Source: Candidatus Saccharimonadota bacterium
GTDB taxonomy: Bacteria > Patescibacteriota > Saccharimonadia > UBA4664
Length of the DNA stretch: 64,000 nucleotides
Direction of reading: 5' to 3'
Assembly (NCBI GenBank): GCA_019352195.1
Contig: JACAFG010000003.1
Location: forward strand, 64,956 to 128,955
The notes under the pieces are model-generated. The model ran no database searches and was not told the origin of the DNA. It worked only from the letters and a program-made list of their open reading frames with translations. Below are positions 48,224 to 58,047 of the stretch, one piece after another. How positions within the stretch are numbered: the first letter of the stretch is position 1; each line of letters starts with the position of its first letter. The position numbers and the translations under genes were made by a program.

Positions 48224-50278
48224 TTAGTCGAGCGATGTGACGGCTTTGAGGCCGTTAACACGGGCGGCAATGGCTGGATATTTCGTTAAACTGGCAGGGT
48301 CTGCCAAAAATGCTGCCGCCGAATTACGCACTGCCGCCAGCAGCTTGGCATCGCCGATGTCGGCCAGCTGTAAGTCGAGCGTCCCGTGCTGGCGCAGACC
48401 ATAAATTTGTCCCGGTCCGCGCAGTTCGAGATCGATTTGGGCCAAGCGAAAACCATCGTTGGTTTTTTCCAGGGCCTTAATACGTTCAAGGGTGCCGGGC
48501 GATTTGCTTTCGGCGACCAAGAAACAATAGCTGGCGTACTGACCTCGCCCAACGCGGCCACGGAGCTGGTGGAGGGCGGCCAAACCAAAGCGTTCGGCGC
48601 CTTCAATGAGCATCACGGCAGCGTTCGGGACATCGATGCCAACTTCGATAACGGTGGTGGCAACCAGAATATCCAGCTCGCCCGACGCAAACGCACCCAT
48701 AACCTCAGCTTTGTCATCGGCCGACATTTTTCCGTGGACCAGCCCAATTTTGCGGCCTTTAAACGGCCCCTTGCTTAAGCGTTCGTATTCGGCGACGGCC
48801 GAACGCGCCATTATTTGTTCGTTGGGCTCAATGAGCGAATAGACAATAAATGCCTGGCGGCCCTCGTCGAGCTGGGCGTTGACGAGCTTGTAGACCTCCG
48901 GGCGATTTTTGGGCTCGTAGGCCTTGGTCGTAATGGGCTGCCGACCCGGCGGAACATGTTCGATAATCGACAAATCAAGATCCCCGTACACGGTGAGTTG
49001 CAAACTGCGCGGAATCGGCGTGGCCGTCATGCTCAAAAGATGCGGCAAGCGCCCGCTTTTTTGCTTCAGGGCCTGACGCTGGGCGACGCCAAAGCGGTGT
49101 TGTTCGTCAATTACCACCAGGCCAAGGTTGGGAAAATCAACTTTACCGGACAATAAGGCCTGCGTTCCTATAACCAGTACCGGAGTTCCTTCGCCGATAC
49201 GCGCGGTAGCAATTTTTTTGTCGGCAGCCGACTGTTTGCCGAGTAGCGCCACAGCTTCGTATCCCAGGCGCGCCAAGAGCGGCGTCATGCTGGCTAGATG
49301 CTGCCGTGCCAAAATTTCGGTCGGCACCATGAGCGCCGTTTGATAACCGGCCGCAATCGCCATCACAATCGCCATGGTAGCTACCACGGTTTTACCTGAG
49401 CCAACGTCGCCTTCGAGCAGACGGTTCATCGGCTGCTCGTGTGCTAGATCCTGAAAAATCTCCCAGGCGGCGCGCTTTTGATCGGGGGTAGCCTCAAACG
49501 ATAGTTCGTCGAGCAAGGCTTTCACCGCCTCAACTTTGAACTCAATGAGCGGCGCTGCCTCGGTCTTGATCTCGTGTTTGATCACGAGGCTTGCCAGTAT
49601 GAGATACCACAGTTCTTCGAAGGCCAGCCGGTTGCGGGCTTTGGCGAGCATCATCGGGCTGGTTGGGAAATGAATTTCTGCTATGGCTTGGGCATAGGGA
49701 ATGAGGCCGGCGGAGGCCACGACTTCGGGAGGCAATGGGTCGTCCAGCGTCGCTGCCAGGGGCAGCAAGGGCTCGATGAGTGCACGTAGTTGGCGGCTCG
49801 ACAAGCCTTCGGTTTGCGGGTAAACCGGCACAATTCGGCCCGTATTACGGCCGGTAAGACCATCGTCGACCACGTCGATAGACGGCGATTGGAGAGCGAG
49901 GTCGTTGACTTTGAACTTTAGTTCACCACTCACTAATACGGGTGTGCCCGTCGGAATGGTTTTGGCCAAAAACGCCTGGTTAAACCAAACAGCTTTTACT
50001 GTGCCGGTGCCGTCGGTAATAATCGCCTCAGTTATATGGAGTTTGCGCGCGCGGGCATAGCGTCCCGCTACGCGCTCAATGGTGCCGCGAAACGTAACGT
50101 TCCCGGGACGCATATTGCGGATAGTGATGATCTGAGAATAATCGTCATAGCGGCGCGGAAAGTGCCGGATAAGATCGCCAGCCGTGCGCAAGCCGAGCCG
50201 CTCCAGCTTTTCGGCCATGACCTTACCAACTCCTTTGAGCGACCCAATGGGCCGCTGCTGCCAGTCGTATTCGCTCAC
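48224..50278 (-). CDS. recG: ATP-dependent DNA helicase RecG
   Basis: N-terminal wedge/OB domain, helicase motifs GSGKT and DEQHRFG. 684 aa. Confidence 0.9.
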   Translation of the reverse strand: MSEYDWQQRPIGSLKGVGKVMAEKLERLGLRTAGDLIRHFPRRYDDYSQIITIRNMRPGNVTFRGTIERVAGRYARARKLHITEAIITDGTGTVKAVWFNQAFLAKTIPTGTPVLVSGELKFKVNDLALQSPSIDVVDDGLTGRNTGRIVPVYPQTEGLSSRQLRALIEPLLPLAATLDDPLPPEVVASAGLIPYAQAIAEIHFPTSPMMLAKARNRLAFEELWYLILASLVIKHEIKTEAAPLIEFKVEAVKALLDELSFEATPDQKRAAWEIFQDLAHEQPMNRLLEGDVGSGKTVVATMAIVMAIAAGYQTALMVPTEILARQHLASMTPLLARLGYEAVALLGKQSAADKKIATARIGEGTPVLVIGTQALLSGKVDFPNLGLVVIDEQHRFGVAQRQALKQKSGRLPHLLSMTATPIPRSLQLTVYGDLDLSIIEHVPPGRQPITTKAYEPKNRPEVYKLVNAQLDEGRQAFIVYSLIEPNEQIMARSAVAEYERLSKGPFKGRKIGLVHGKMSADDKAEVMGAFASGELDILVATTVIEVGIDVPNAAVMLIEGAERFGLAALHQLRGRVGRGQYASYCFLVAESKSPGTLERIKALEKTNDGFRLAQIDLELRGPGQIYGLRQHGTLDLQLADIGDAKLLAAVRNSAAAFLADPASLTKYPAIAARVNGLKAVTSLD

Positions 50279-50286
50279 CGGTCCCC

Positions 50287-51462
50287 CTAGGTTACGTGCA
50301 ATTTGAGGTAGCGGCGCTTCCCTACCTGTAAAATCTGGCCGTCTGTTATGACCGCTTCATTACTAAACTCAACGACGTGATCATCGAGTTTGACGCCGCC
50401 TTGATCGATCAACCGACGCGCGTCGGATTTGCTGGAGGCCATACCTGTGGTAACCAGGATGTCTAAGAAATCGGCGGTTGGGTCAACAGTAATGGTCTCG
50501 ATTGTCTCCGGCCGGCCGCCATCACGAAACTGGTTGTTCCAATCAGCTTCGGCTTTTTCGCTGCTAGCGGGACCATGGTAGATACGCACAATTTCGCGGG
50601 CCAGCGAGGCTTTGGCGTCGCGTGGATTCGCGCCGGCCGCCAAGGTTTTGACCAGCTCATCAATAACGACAAGCTCTATTTCAGTGCAAAGTTTATAGTA
50701 AGGCGCAATGAGGTTATCAGGGATGCTCATAACTTTGCCGTACATATCGAGCGGCTCGTCGGTGATGGCAATGTAGTTATCGAGGCTTTTCGACATTTTC
50801 TTGACGCCGTCGGTACCAACGAGAAGTTCGGTGCAAAAAACGATTTGCGGGCGCTGGCCGAGTTTCTTCTGCAAGTTGCGGCCCGTTACCAGGTTGAACA
50901 GCTGATCGGTCCCGCCAAACTCAACGTCAGCCTCGAGTACGACCGAATCGTAAGCCTGCATTAACGGATACAAGAATTCGTGCAGTGACAGTTCCTGCCC
51001 GGTCGCCAAACGGTTTTTGAAGTCTTCGCGCTCAATAATCTGAGCCACGCTGAGGTTTGAGGCCAGACTCAAGAGGTCGGCAAAACTTAGTTTTGACAGC
51101 CACTCCGAGTTGCGACGGATCTCAACGTTTTTAACATCAAGGATTTGACCCACTTGATCGAGGTAGGTTTTAGCATTGGCGGCAATTTCATCGTCAGTGA
51201 GCATGGGGCGGGTTTTGCTGCGGCCCGACGGATCGCCAATTTTGGTCGTGTAGTCGCCAATCAGAAAAATGACGGTGTGGCCGCGGCGTTGTAGTTCACG
51301 TAGTTGACGCAGCAAGACTGCGTGACCGATGTGAATATCGGGGCGGGTTGGATCGACACCAAACTTGATGCGCAGCTTGCGGCCGCTCTTAAAGGCATCT
51401 TCGAGCTCGGTTCGGCCGATAATTTGATCGACCCCGCGGGATAGTAGTTCGTCATCACTCAT
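50287..51462 (-). CDS. tyrS: Tyrosine--tRNA ligase
   Basis: HIGH (PDIHIGHAV) and KMSKS motifs, plus a C-terminal S4-like domain. Confidence 0.93.
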   Translation of the reverse strand: MSDDELLSRGVDQIIGRTELEDAFKSGRKLRIKFGVDPTRPDIHIGHAVLLRQLRELQRRGHTVIFLIGDYTTKIGDPSGRSKTRPMLTDDEIAANAKTYLDQVGQILDVKNVEIRRNSEWLSKLSFADLLSLASNLSVAQIIEREDFKNRLATGQELSLHEFLYPLMQAYDSVVLEADVEFGGTDQLFNLVTGRNLQKKLGQRPQIVFCTELLVGTDGVKKMSKSLDNYIAITDEPLDMYGKVMSIPDNLIAPYYKLCTEIELVVIDELVKTLAAGANPRDAKASLAREIVRIYHGPASSEKAEADWNNQFRDGGRPETIETITVDPTADFLDILVTTGMASSKSDARRLIDQGGVKLDDHVVEFSNEAVITDGQILQVGKRRYLKLHVT

Positions 51463-51505
51463 ATTGGCTTAGTGTAGCAGATCGGGCTGGGTTTACTCCA
51501 GGCAG

Positions 51506-51964
51506 TTAGAGCGGCTTTTTCTCGTACCACACCAGATCTTCGCCCTTGGTAAAGCCATGAGCTTGAAGCAACTGCTGAATGCGCTCGTTCGTTGGCTGCG
51601 TGAGCCCATAGGCCCAATCGAGACCCAGCAGATGAGCGCGACTGAGGGTTTCTTCAAGCAAAGCTTTGGCAATACCTTGCCCGCGCCATTTTGGGTCAAC
51701 GACGATATCGGACAAATACAGCATGCGCGTGGGCGCGTGGACCCAGGTTAACTGGACTCCCACCACTTGGCCGTCGGCGTCTGCCACCAGGAGGATATCC
51801 TGCCCTGCGTCTACCCAACTTTGCAGCCTCGACTCGCCCCACCACAGCGATTGATCACTGACGGCTAATTCGCCGACGTTTTGACCAAGCGCTACTACAG
51901 CGGCAACGTCTGTGCTGGTCATACCACGAATAGTCATGGGGTTATTATATGACCTGCACGCCAT
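51506..51964 (-). CDS. GNAT family N-acetyltransferase
   Basis: Motif A RGQGIAKALL, about 150 aa. Confidence 0.7.
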   Translation of the reverse strand: MACRSYNNPMTIRGMTSTDVAAVVALGQNVGELAVSDQSLWWGESRLQSWVDAGQDILLVADADGQVVGVQLTWVHAPTRMLYLSDIVVDPKWRGQGIAKALLEETLSRAHLLGLDWAYGLTQPTNERIQQLLQAHGFTKGEDLVWYEKKPL

Positions 51965-52430
51965 ACGTCATATAGAGCATGAACAGGCCCCACAAAACTT
52001 CGGTGGCAATGCCGTAAGGTGATTCGCTCCACTGAATATTGTGATGCAAGGCCTTAAAACGCGGGAAAAAGCGTCGTTTGAAGAAAATTTCAGGTAAATA
52101 CAACAGGTCGGGGGCCACTGCACCCAGCCAGCCACAGGCAATTTGGACGCGGCGCGCGGGAAAGGCGTATAAGCCGAGTCCGAGCATGGTAAGAGCCCCA
52201 GCAAAATCTAAGCTTCCCATGAGAAAATTTACCGGCGTCTTAAAAAACGACCAGCCTGGAATGTCAGGGCCTTTTACTTTATAGGTGAGAAACGGCCTGG
52301 GGACCCAGGCAGCGTGGGGTGTCGAATCAAGCAAGAGGTGAGACGCTACACCAGCAGGCAACACGATCAGCGGCGATTCGATGACCGTGCCAAGCCAAAC
52401 GCCGGTAAGGGCGTGATTTGTTAGTAACAT
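51945..52430 (-). CDS. Membrane protein, DUF457/YdjM-like metal-dependent hydrolase family (tentative)
   Basis: 4-5 TM helices. N-terminal HALTG and SHLLLD motifs. Confidence 0.4.
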   Translation of the reverse strand: MLLTNHALTGVWLGTVIESPLIVLPAGVASHLLLDSTPHAAWVPRPFLTYKVKGPDIPGWSFFKTPVNFLMGSLDFAGALTMLGLGLYAFPARRVQIACGWLGAVAPDLLYLPEIFFKRRFFPRFKALHHNIQWSESPYGIATEVLWGLFMLYMTYGVQVI

Positions 52431-52503
52431 GAAATAAGCATAACAGCTGTCTTGAGAAGGCGTCGACTGTTATAATAAAGTCCGTAATTATCTTTGAGGG
52501 ATC

Positions 52504-55428
52504 ATGCCAACTAGCTCGCGACGAGTCGCAAAACGCAAGCCCGCCAAACCAATCTCAACGCCCACTGATCGTACCCCTGGCCTCAAAGGCCACCTCAAAC
52601 GTTTTTTTATGTCCTTTACCCCAAGCCGCTTTAAGGCCTACTGGCTGTCACGTGCTGGTATGGCTCGGGTGGGAAAGATTATTGGTGTCGGTGCACTGTT
52701 CGTGGTGCTCGTATTTTTGTGGTACGCCAAAGATTTGCCGAGCCCGTCAAAAATTAACGCACAAATTGGACTTACTACCACTTTTTATGCTCGAGATGAG
52801 CTCACAAACCCTGGCCACGGCACCAAACTTTACGAGGTTCATGGGAATGAGCAGCGTGTTGTTATCAACTTTGATCAAATGCCCGATAGCCTCAAGCATG
52901 CCACTGTCGCAGTTGAGGACCGTAATTTTTACAAAGAGGGTGCCTTTAGCTTTATCAGCATTTTCCGTGCCACGCTTACTGACCTTATTCATCATGGAGC
53001 TTACCAGGGTGGTTCAACTATCACGCAGCAGTATGTAAAAAACTCGCTGCTCACCAACGACCGCTCGATTTCGCGCAAAATTAAAGAGCTCATTTTGTCG
53101 GTGGAAATTAGCCAGTTCTACTCGAAAGACGACATACTGAAGCTCTATCTCAACGAAATTCCTTATGGCAACGGCGCTTACGGTGTCGAGGCAGCTTGTC
53201 GCACCTACTTTAGTAAGGCTCCAGCCAACTACGGTACGCAAAATTGTGCTCAGCACCTCAACCTTGGCCAGTCGGCACTGCTGGCCGCCATCCCCAATGC
53301 ACCGTCATACTACAGCCCTTATGGCGAACACAAAGCCGACCTCATTGCTCGTCAGAACGACATTCTGGACAAGATGGCCGCCCAAGGCTACATCACCCAA
53401 GCGCAGGCTGATGGTTCCAAGTGGACGCTGGCTCAGCTCGACACCTCAACCGCTGGTAACGCGACACGGCAAATCAACCAGTCGGCGGCCTTCTTCACTG
53501 CCGTCACGGCACCTAACTTTGTCTTTACCGTTCAAGATCAGCTTGAAGCCCAATACGGTGCCAGCACGGTGGAATCGGGAGGCTGGAAAGTTATTACCAC
53601 GCTCGACCCCAACCTACAAAAATGTGCCGAGTTATCAGTCTATAATCCCGGTAATGATACGTGTACGCCAGATGGCAAAACCGCCTTTAATCCGAACAAA
53701 AATGATGTCAACTATAAAAACTTAACGGCTCTTGGCGGTTCAAACGCAGCTCTCGTAGCGGCAGACCCCAAAACAGGCCAGGTCCTGAGTATGGTGGGAT
53801 CGTATTCATTCACTCAAGATCAAAACAACGTCGCGACGCTGAAGCGACCACCAGGATCGAGCTTTAAGCCCTATGTTTACGCGACTTTATTTGAAAAAAA
53901 TATGACAGCTGGTTGCACGAGTAACACGGCCGCCTGCGATACTTACGGCGCTGGCAGTATCCTTAACGACACCATTGCTGAAGGTGACTCATTTAGCTCT
54001 ACCTACCACCCGCGTGACTTTGGCGGTGGCGTCGAAGTTGGTGGGCCCGTAACTATTCGCACGGCCCTCAATGGCTCGCTCAACATCCCCGCGGTCCAAG
54101 CCCTCAAACTGGCTGGAACAACTGCCTCTATCGCCACGGCGCATAGCCTAGGAATTACCACTACCATCCCCGATAATGACCTGAGTATTGTGCTGGGTGA
54201 CGGCGATGTGAAGCTGGCCGATCACGTCAACGCCTATGAGAGTTTTGCTAACGGCGGGGTGCATTATGCCCCAACGATGGTACTTAAGATTACCGACGCT
54301 AAGGGCAATACCATTGAAGATGACACTAAACCCAAGACTCCCAAGAAAGTGCTCGACCCTCAAGCGGCCTATCTCATTGCCAACATTCTGAGCGACTCAA
54401 CCGCGCGTCAGTATGTCTTCGGTAGTTTGCTGCAAATCCCAGGCCACGTTGGTGGCAGTCAGGCCGGTCAGGGTGTAGCCGTAAAAACTGGTACCACCAC
54501 TGATGTTCGCGACGCCTGGACGATTGGCTTTTCGCCTTCAATTGTGGCAGGCGTTTGGGCGGGCAATGACAATAACGGGCCGATGTCAGACCAAGCCGTT
54601 AACATTTCTGGGCCAATCTGGACTGGGTTTATGACGGCTGCGCTGATGGGCAAGCCGATGGAGACCTTTGCCAAACCCGACGGACTGCAATATTTGCCCT
54701 TACCTGGACCAGCCTTAAAATCGACCTCACCCAACGACTACTTCCCCAAGTGGTACAAGGCGATCGTGCGTAAGATGGTTAATATTGATAAAGTCTCGGG
54801 CAAGCTGGCCACCAGCTGTACGCCGCCGCTGGCCATTCAGAACGTACTGGATACCGGTATTACTGATAGTGACGATGTCCACAGTTGTAATGACACCCAG
54901 CCGACCGTTCAGCTGTCGGGCCTCACGGGCGGTGGCCCCTACAACTTTACGGCCACCGTGGCGCTCGGCACGTTTGGAACCAGCAAGCCTGGGATTGGAA
55001 CTGCCCAACTGGTAGTAACGTTTAATGACCAGATTGTATCAACTCAAGACATATCGGCTTCGGGTAGCTACAACATTAGCTATACGCCGCCCAGCGACGG
55101 AACCTATATTGTGAAGGCAACGATCACCGATACGGGCTTGTATCAGGGCAGTGACCAGAAAACGGTGGTAGCGGGTGCAACTAGCTCGAGCTTTAAAGGA
55201 CTGACACCAAACTCGAGCAGTAGTCCGCCTGCTGGTAGCGTCGTCTTTAGCTGGACCGATGACAGTAAGGGGGCATACCAACTATTTGTCGACGGCAGTC
55301 CTAAAGGCGCACCTACCAACGGCACCGTCGAGTCGGCGCAGGTGCTTACCAAAAACGTCACGCATCATTGGTATGTTACCGATAGCGCCGGTAATTCGAC
55401 CGCTCCTATCGCGTTTACGGTTCAGTAG
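52504..55428 (+). CDS. Bifunctional class A penicillin-binding protein (GT51 transglycosylase + transpeptidase) with C-terminal Ig/FN3-like extensions
   Basis: GT51 motifs (EDRNFY, GSTITQQ). Transpeptidase motifs SSFKP, SLN, KTGT. Signal-anchor. 974 aa. Confidence 0.9.
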   Translation: MPTSSRRVAKRKPAKPISTPTDRTPGLKGHLKRFFMSFTPSRFKAYWLSRAGMARVGKIIGVGALFVVLVFLWYAKDLPSPSKINAQIGLTTTFYARDELTNPGHGTKLYEVHGNEQRVVINFDQMPDSLKHATVAVEDRNFYKEGAFSFISIFRATLTDLIHHGAYQGGSTITQQYVKNSLLTNDRSISRKIKELILSVEISQFYSKDDILKLYLNEIPYGNGAYGVEAACRTYFSKAPANYGTQNCAQHLNLGQSALLAAIPNAPSYYSPYGEHKADLIARQNDILDKMAAQGYITQAQADGSKWTLAQLDTSTAGNATRQINQSAAFFTAVTAPNFVFTVQDQLEAQYGASTVESGGWKVITTLDPNLQKCAELSVYNPGNDTCTPDGKTAFNPNKNDVNYKNLTALGGSNAALVAADPKTGQVLSMVGSYSFTQDQNNVATLKRPPGSSFKPYVYATLFEKNMTAGCTSNTAACDTYGAGSILNDTIAEGDSFSSTYHPRDFGGGVEVGGPVTIRTALNGSLNIPAVQALKLAGTTASIATAHSLGITTTIPDNDLSIVLGDGDVKLADHVNAYESFANGGVHYAPTMVLKITDAKGNTIEDDTKPKTPKKVLDPQAAYLIANILSDSTARQYVFGSLLQIPGHVGGSQAGQGVAVKTGTTTDVRDAWTIGFSPSIVAGVWAGNDNNGPMSDQAVNISGPIWTGFMTAALMGKPMETFAKPDGLQYLPLPGPALKSTSPNDYFPKWYKAIVRKMVNIDKVSGKLATSCTPPLAIQNVLDTGITDSDDVHSCNDTQPTVQLSGLTGGGPYNFTATVALGTFGTSKPGIGTAQLVVTFNDQIVSTQDISASGSYNISYTPPSDGTYIVKATITDTGLYQGSDQKTVVAGATSSSFKGLTPNSSSSPPAGSVVFSWTDDSKGAYQLFVDGSPKGAPTNGTVESAQVLTKNVTHHWYVTDSAGNSTAPIAFTVQ

Positions 55429-55445
55429 TCTGCCGAGTAGTAATC

Positions 55446-55475
55446 AAAAACCCCCAGCTCAGGCTGGGGGTTTTT
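55446..55475. terminator. Bidirectional rho-independent terminator AAAAACCCCCAGC-tcag-GCTGGGGGTTTTT
   Basis: Perfect 8-bp GC stem with an A-tract and a T-tract, between convergent PBP and yacL. Confidence 0.8.
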
Positions 55476-55489
55476 GATTAGCGCGAGTA

Positions 55490-56539
55490 CTAGTCGCGGT
55501 CGGTGGTGTCGTCGCTCGTAGCGGCAATAATACTGTCCTCAAGCCGGCCGGTCGGTGACACAGGTCCGCGTCCACGGCCGCCGCGGCGTCCACGTGAACG
55601 GCCCGGCTTCGTAGGAGCGTCGGCGCCCTCGGCCGCAACCGTGGCCATGGGCGCCATGGCAGCGTCCAACATAGCTTCAGGCGCTGCTTCATGTGCATCA
55701 TGCTTATCTTGTTTGCCGGCCTTAGACGACGCTCCTGAACCAACCGGAACGCGGGGCACGGCAAAGATCATTTTGCCCGCCACGGTTTGGAATACGCGCG
55801 TAACTTCAGTGGAAACTTCTTGTCCCATCAGCTTATCGCCATCTTCAACCACTATCATGGTGCCGTCAGCTAAATAGCCGACGCCTTGGCTGCGTTCTTT
55901 ACCTGGCTGCACGATCCGGACCGTGAGCTCTTCGCCGGGTAACACGACCGGGCGAATGGCATTGGATAATTCGTTAACATTAAGTACTCGTACCCCCTGA
56001 ATGGCAGCGACACGGTTGAGATTGTAGTCGGTCGTCAGAACATTGATTTCGTGACGCTGAGCGAGGGCTACAAGCTTGGCATCCACCTCTTTGATGGTTG
56101 AAACATCTTCATCGGTCACTTCCACTGTAATTCCGGGCGTTTCGCGCAAGCGGTTCAAGACTTCGAGTCCGCGACGGCCACGGCCTCGGCGCATGGCGTC
56201 GTCGGAGTCGGCAATGTTTTGGAGCTCGGCTAGGACAAAGCGAGGTACCACGAGGCGGCCGGGAATAAAGCCAGCGTGGGCGATATCGGCGATACGGCCA
56301 TCGATAATCGCGGAAGTGTCGACCAAAATGCCTGGCATGGAAGCGTCATCAATAATCGGCTCCGTGGTAACGTCGGCCATGGTCATAGCGGTAGCAGTCG
56401 TACTTGCTGAGTTGTCTGGTGACGAGGGGCGGGGAGCACCATCTCGCTGAATCACGCGATGGGCGAGGATGGTTCCGATAAACACGGCGGCAGTGATAAC
56501 TATGAATTGGAGGATTAATAAAATGGGGTATGCGAACAA
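55490..56539 (-). CDS. yacL: PIN and TRAM domain protein (YacL-like), N-terminal TM
   Basis: PIN acidic residues plus a C-terminal TRAM-like beta-barrel. Position directly after radA, as in Firmicutes. Confidence 0.8.
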   Translation of the reverse strand: MFAYPILLILQFIVITAAVFIGTILAHRVIQRDGAPRPSSPDNSASTTATAMTMADVTTEPIIDDASMPGILVDTSAIIDGRIADIAHAGFIPGRLVVPRFVLAELQNIADSDDAMRRGRGRRGLEVLNRLRETPGITVEVTDEDVSTIKEVDAKLVALAQRHEINVLTTDYNLNRVAAIQGVRVLNVNELSNAIRPVVLPGEELTVRIVQPGKERSQGVGYLADGTMIVVEDGDKLMGQEVSTEVTRVFQTVAGKMIFAVPRVPVGSGASSKAGKQDKHDAHEAAPEAMLDAAMAPMATVAAEGADAPTKPGRSRGRRGGRGRGPVSPTGRLEDSIIAATSDDTTDRD

Positions 56540-57997
56540 TTAAGTATCCCTTCGGTTAATAACTGGATCTTTTGATGGGTTGAGTAAGCGAACGGCATCG
56601 GCAACCGTGGCAACACCTTGGATGCCGGCCGCAGTACCGAATTTGGGACCAATAGCACGACTTAGACCGAGACGCTTGGCTTCGGTAAGGCGTTTGGCAA
56701 CTTGATTGACTGAGCGAATTTCGCCATTAAGGCCAACTTCGCCAAAGGCGACCAGATCACCGGGGACCGCAACGTCGCTGTGAGCGGAGGCGATTGATAG
56801 AATAATTGCTAAATCGGCGGCCGGCTCAGTAATGCGAAGTCCGCCTACTACGTTAACATAAATGTCAGCAGAGCTCAAGTTGAGGCCAGCCCGTTTTGTA
56901 AGAACGGCTACCAATAAATTGAGCCGGTTGAGGTCAAAACCAACGGCGGTGCGTTTGGGATAACCAAAACTTGTAGGAACCACCAGCGCTTGCACTTCGA
57001 CCAATAAGGGCCGGGTGCCTTCTAACGTTGCTAGTACTACCGACCCGGGGCCAGGTTGGCGCTCGGCTAGCAATGACGCCGAAGGGTTGGGCACGGGGAT
57101 AAGGCCAGAATCAACCATTTCAAAGATACCGACCTCACTGGTCGAACCAAAGCGGTTTTTAATCCCCCGTAACGCCTTAAAGGCCCCATACCGGTCGCCT
57201 TCCAGATACAACACCACATCGACGAGGTGCTCGAGAATTTTGGGGCCGGCAATGGTCCCGTCCTTGGTGACATGCCCAATAATGAGCAGCGAAATATGGC
57301 GCCCTTTGGCCACGCTTTGCAGCGCCTGCGAGCTGGCGGTAATCTGACCAACGGTACCGGGGGCGCCCGTGAGTATGTCAACGGCCATGGTTTGAATGGA
57401 GTCGATAATAACGAGATCGTACTGGCCGCCCGTAATAGTGGCGATAATGCTGTCGACGCTGGTTTCGGACAATAAGTCCAAACCATCAGCCGCCAATTTG
57501 AGGCGGTCGGCGCGGAGTTTAATTTGAGACGTGCTCTCTTCACCCGAAACATACAAGACATGCTTTGACTGAGCCAGGGCCGCCGCAATTTGAAGTACGA
57601 GGGTCGATTTACCGATACCGGGATCGCCCGAGAGCAAAATAACGGATCCTGGTACAATGCCGCCGCCCAGTACCTGGTCGACTTCATCGAGGCCCGAAGG
57701 GAATCTCGGCCTATCCCCCGCTTTTATGCTATCGAGGCGTTCAGTACGCACGGCCGAGGCAGCGACGGTTTTGCCGGCTTTGATGCTTGGTGCGGCGGCT
57801 TCTTCGAGCAGGCTGTTCCAAGCACCACAGCTTTCGCACTTGCCTACCCAACGGGAATAGCTAGCGCCGCAATTTTGGCAACTAAAATGAGTGGTAGATT
57901 TCGCCATTAGATCTATTGTAGCAGACACCGAACATAAGGCGTACAATTGAGTTGTCCTGCGCGGCATTCTTGCAGGCATTATATCACAGTAACACAA
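56540..57997 (-). CDS. radA: DNA repair protein RadA/Sms
   Basis: N-terminal C4 zinc finger, Walker A GDPGIGKST, KNRFG motif, Lon-like C-terminal domain. Confidence 0.93.
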   Translation of the reverse strand: MCYCDIMPARMPRRTTQLYALCSVSATIDLMAKSTTHFSCQNCGASYSRWVGKCESCGAWNSLLEEAAAPSIKAGKTVAASAVRTERLDSIKAGDRPRFPSGLDEVDQVLGGGIVPGSVILLSGDPGIGKSTLVLQIAAALAQSKHVLYVSGEESTSQIKLRADRLKLAADGLDLLSETSVDSIIATITGGQYDLVIIDSIQTMAVDILTGAPGTVGQITASSQALQSVAKGRHISLLIIGHVTKDGTIAGPKILEHLVDVVLYLEGDRYGAFKALRGIKNRFGSTSEVGIFEMVDSGLIPVPNPSASLLAERQPGPGSVVLATLEGTRPLLVEVQALVVPTSFGYPKRTAVGFDLNRLNLLVAVLTKRAGLNLSSADIYVNVVGGLRITEPAADLAIILSIASAHSDVAVPGDLVAFGEVGLNGEIRSVNQVAKRLTEAKRLGLSRAIGPKFGTAAGIQGVATVADAVRLLNPSKDPVINRRDT

Positions 57998-58047
57998 TAA
58001 AAATAAGTATTGTCAAATACAGGTAGCCTCGATATGATTACCTACAT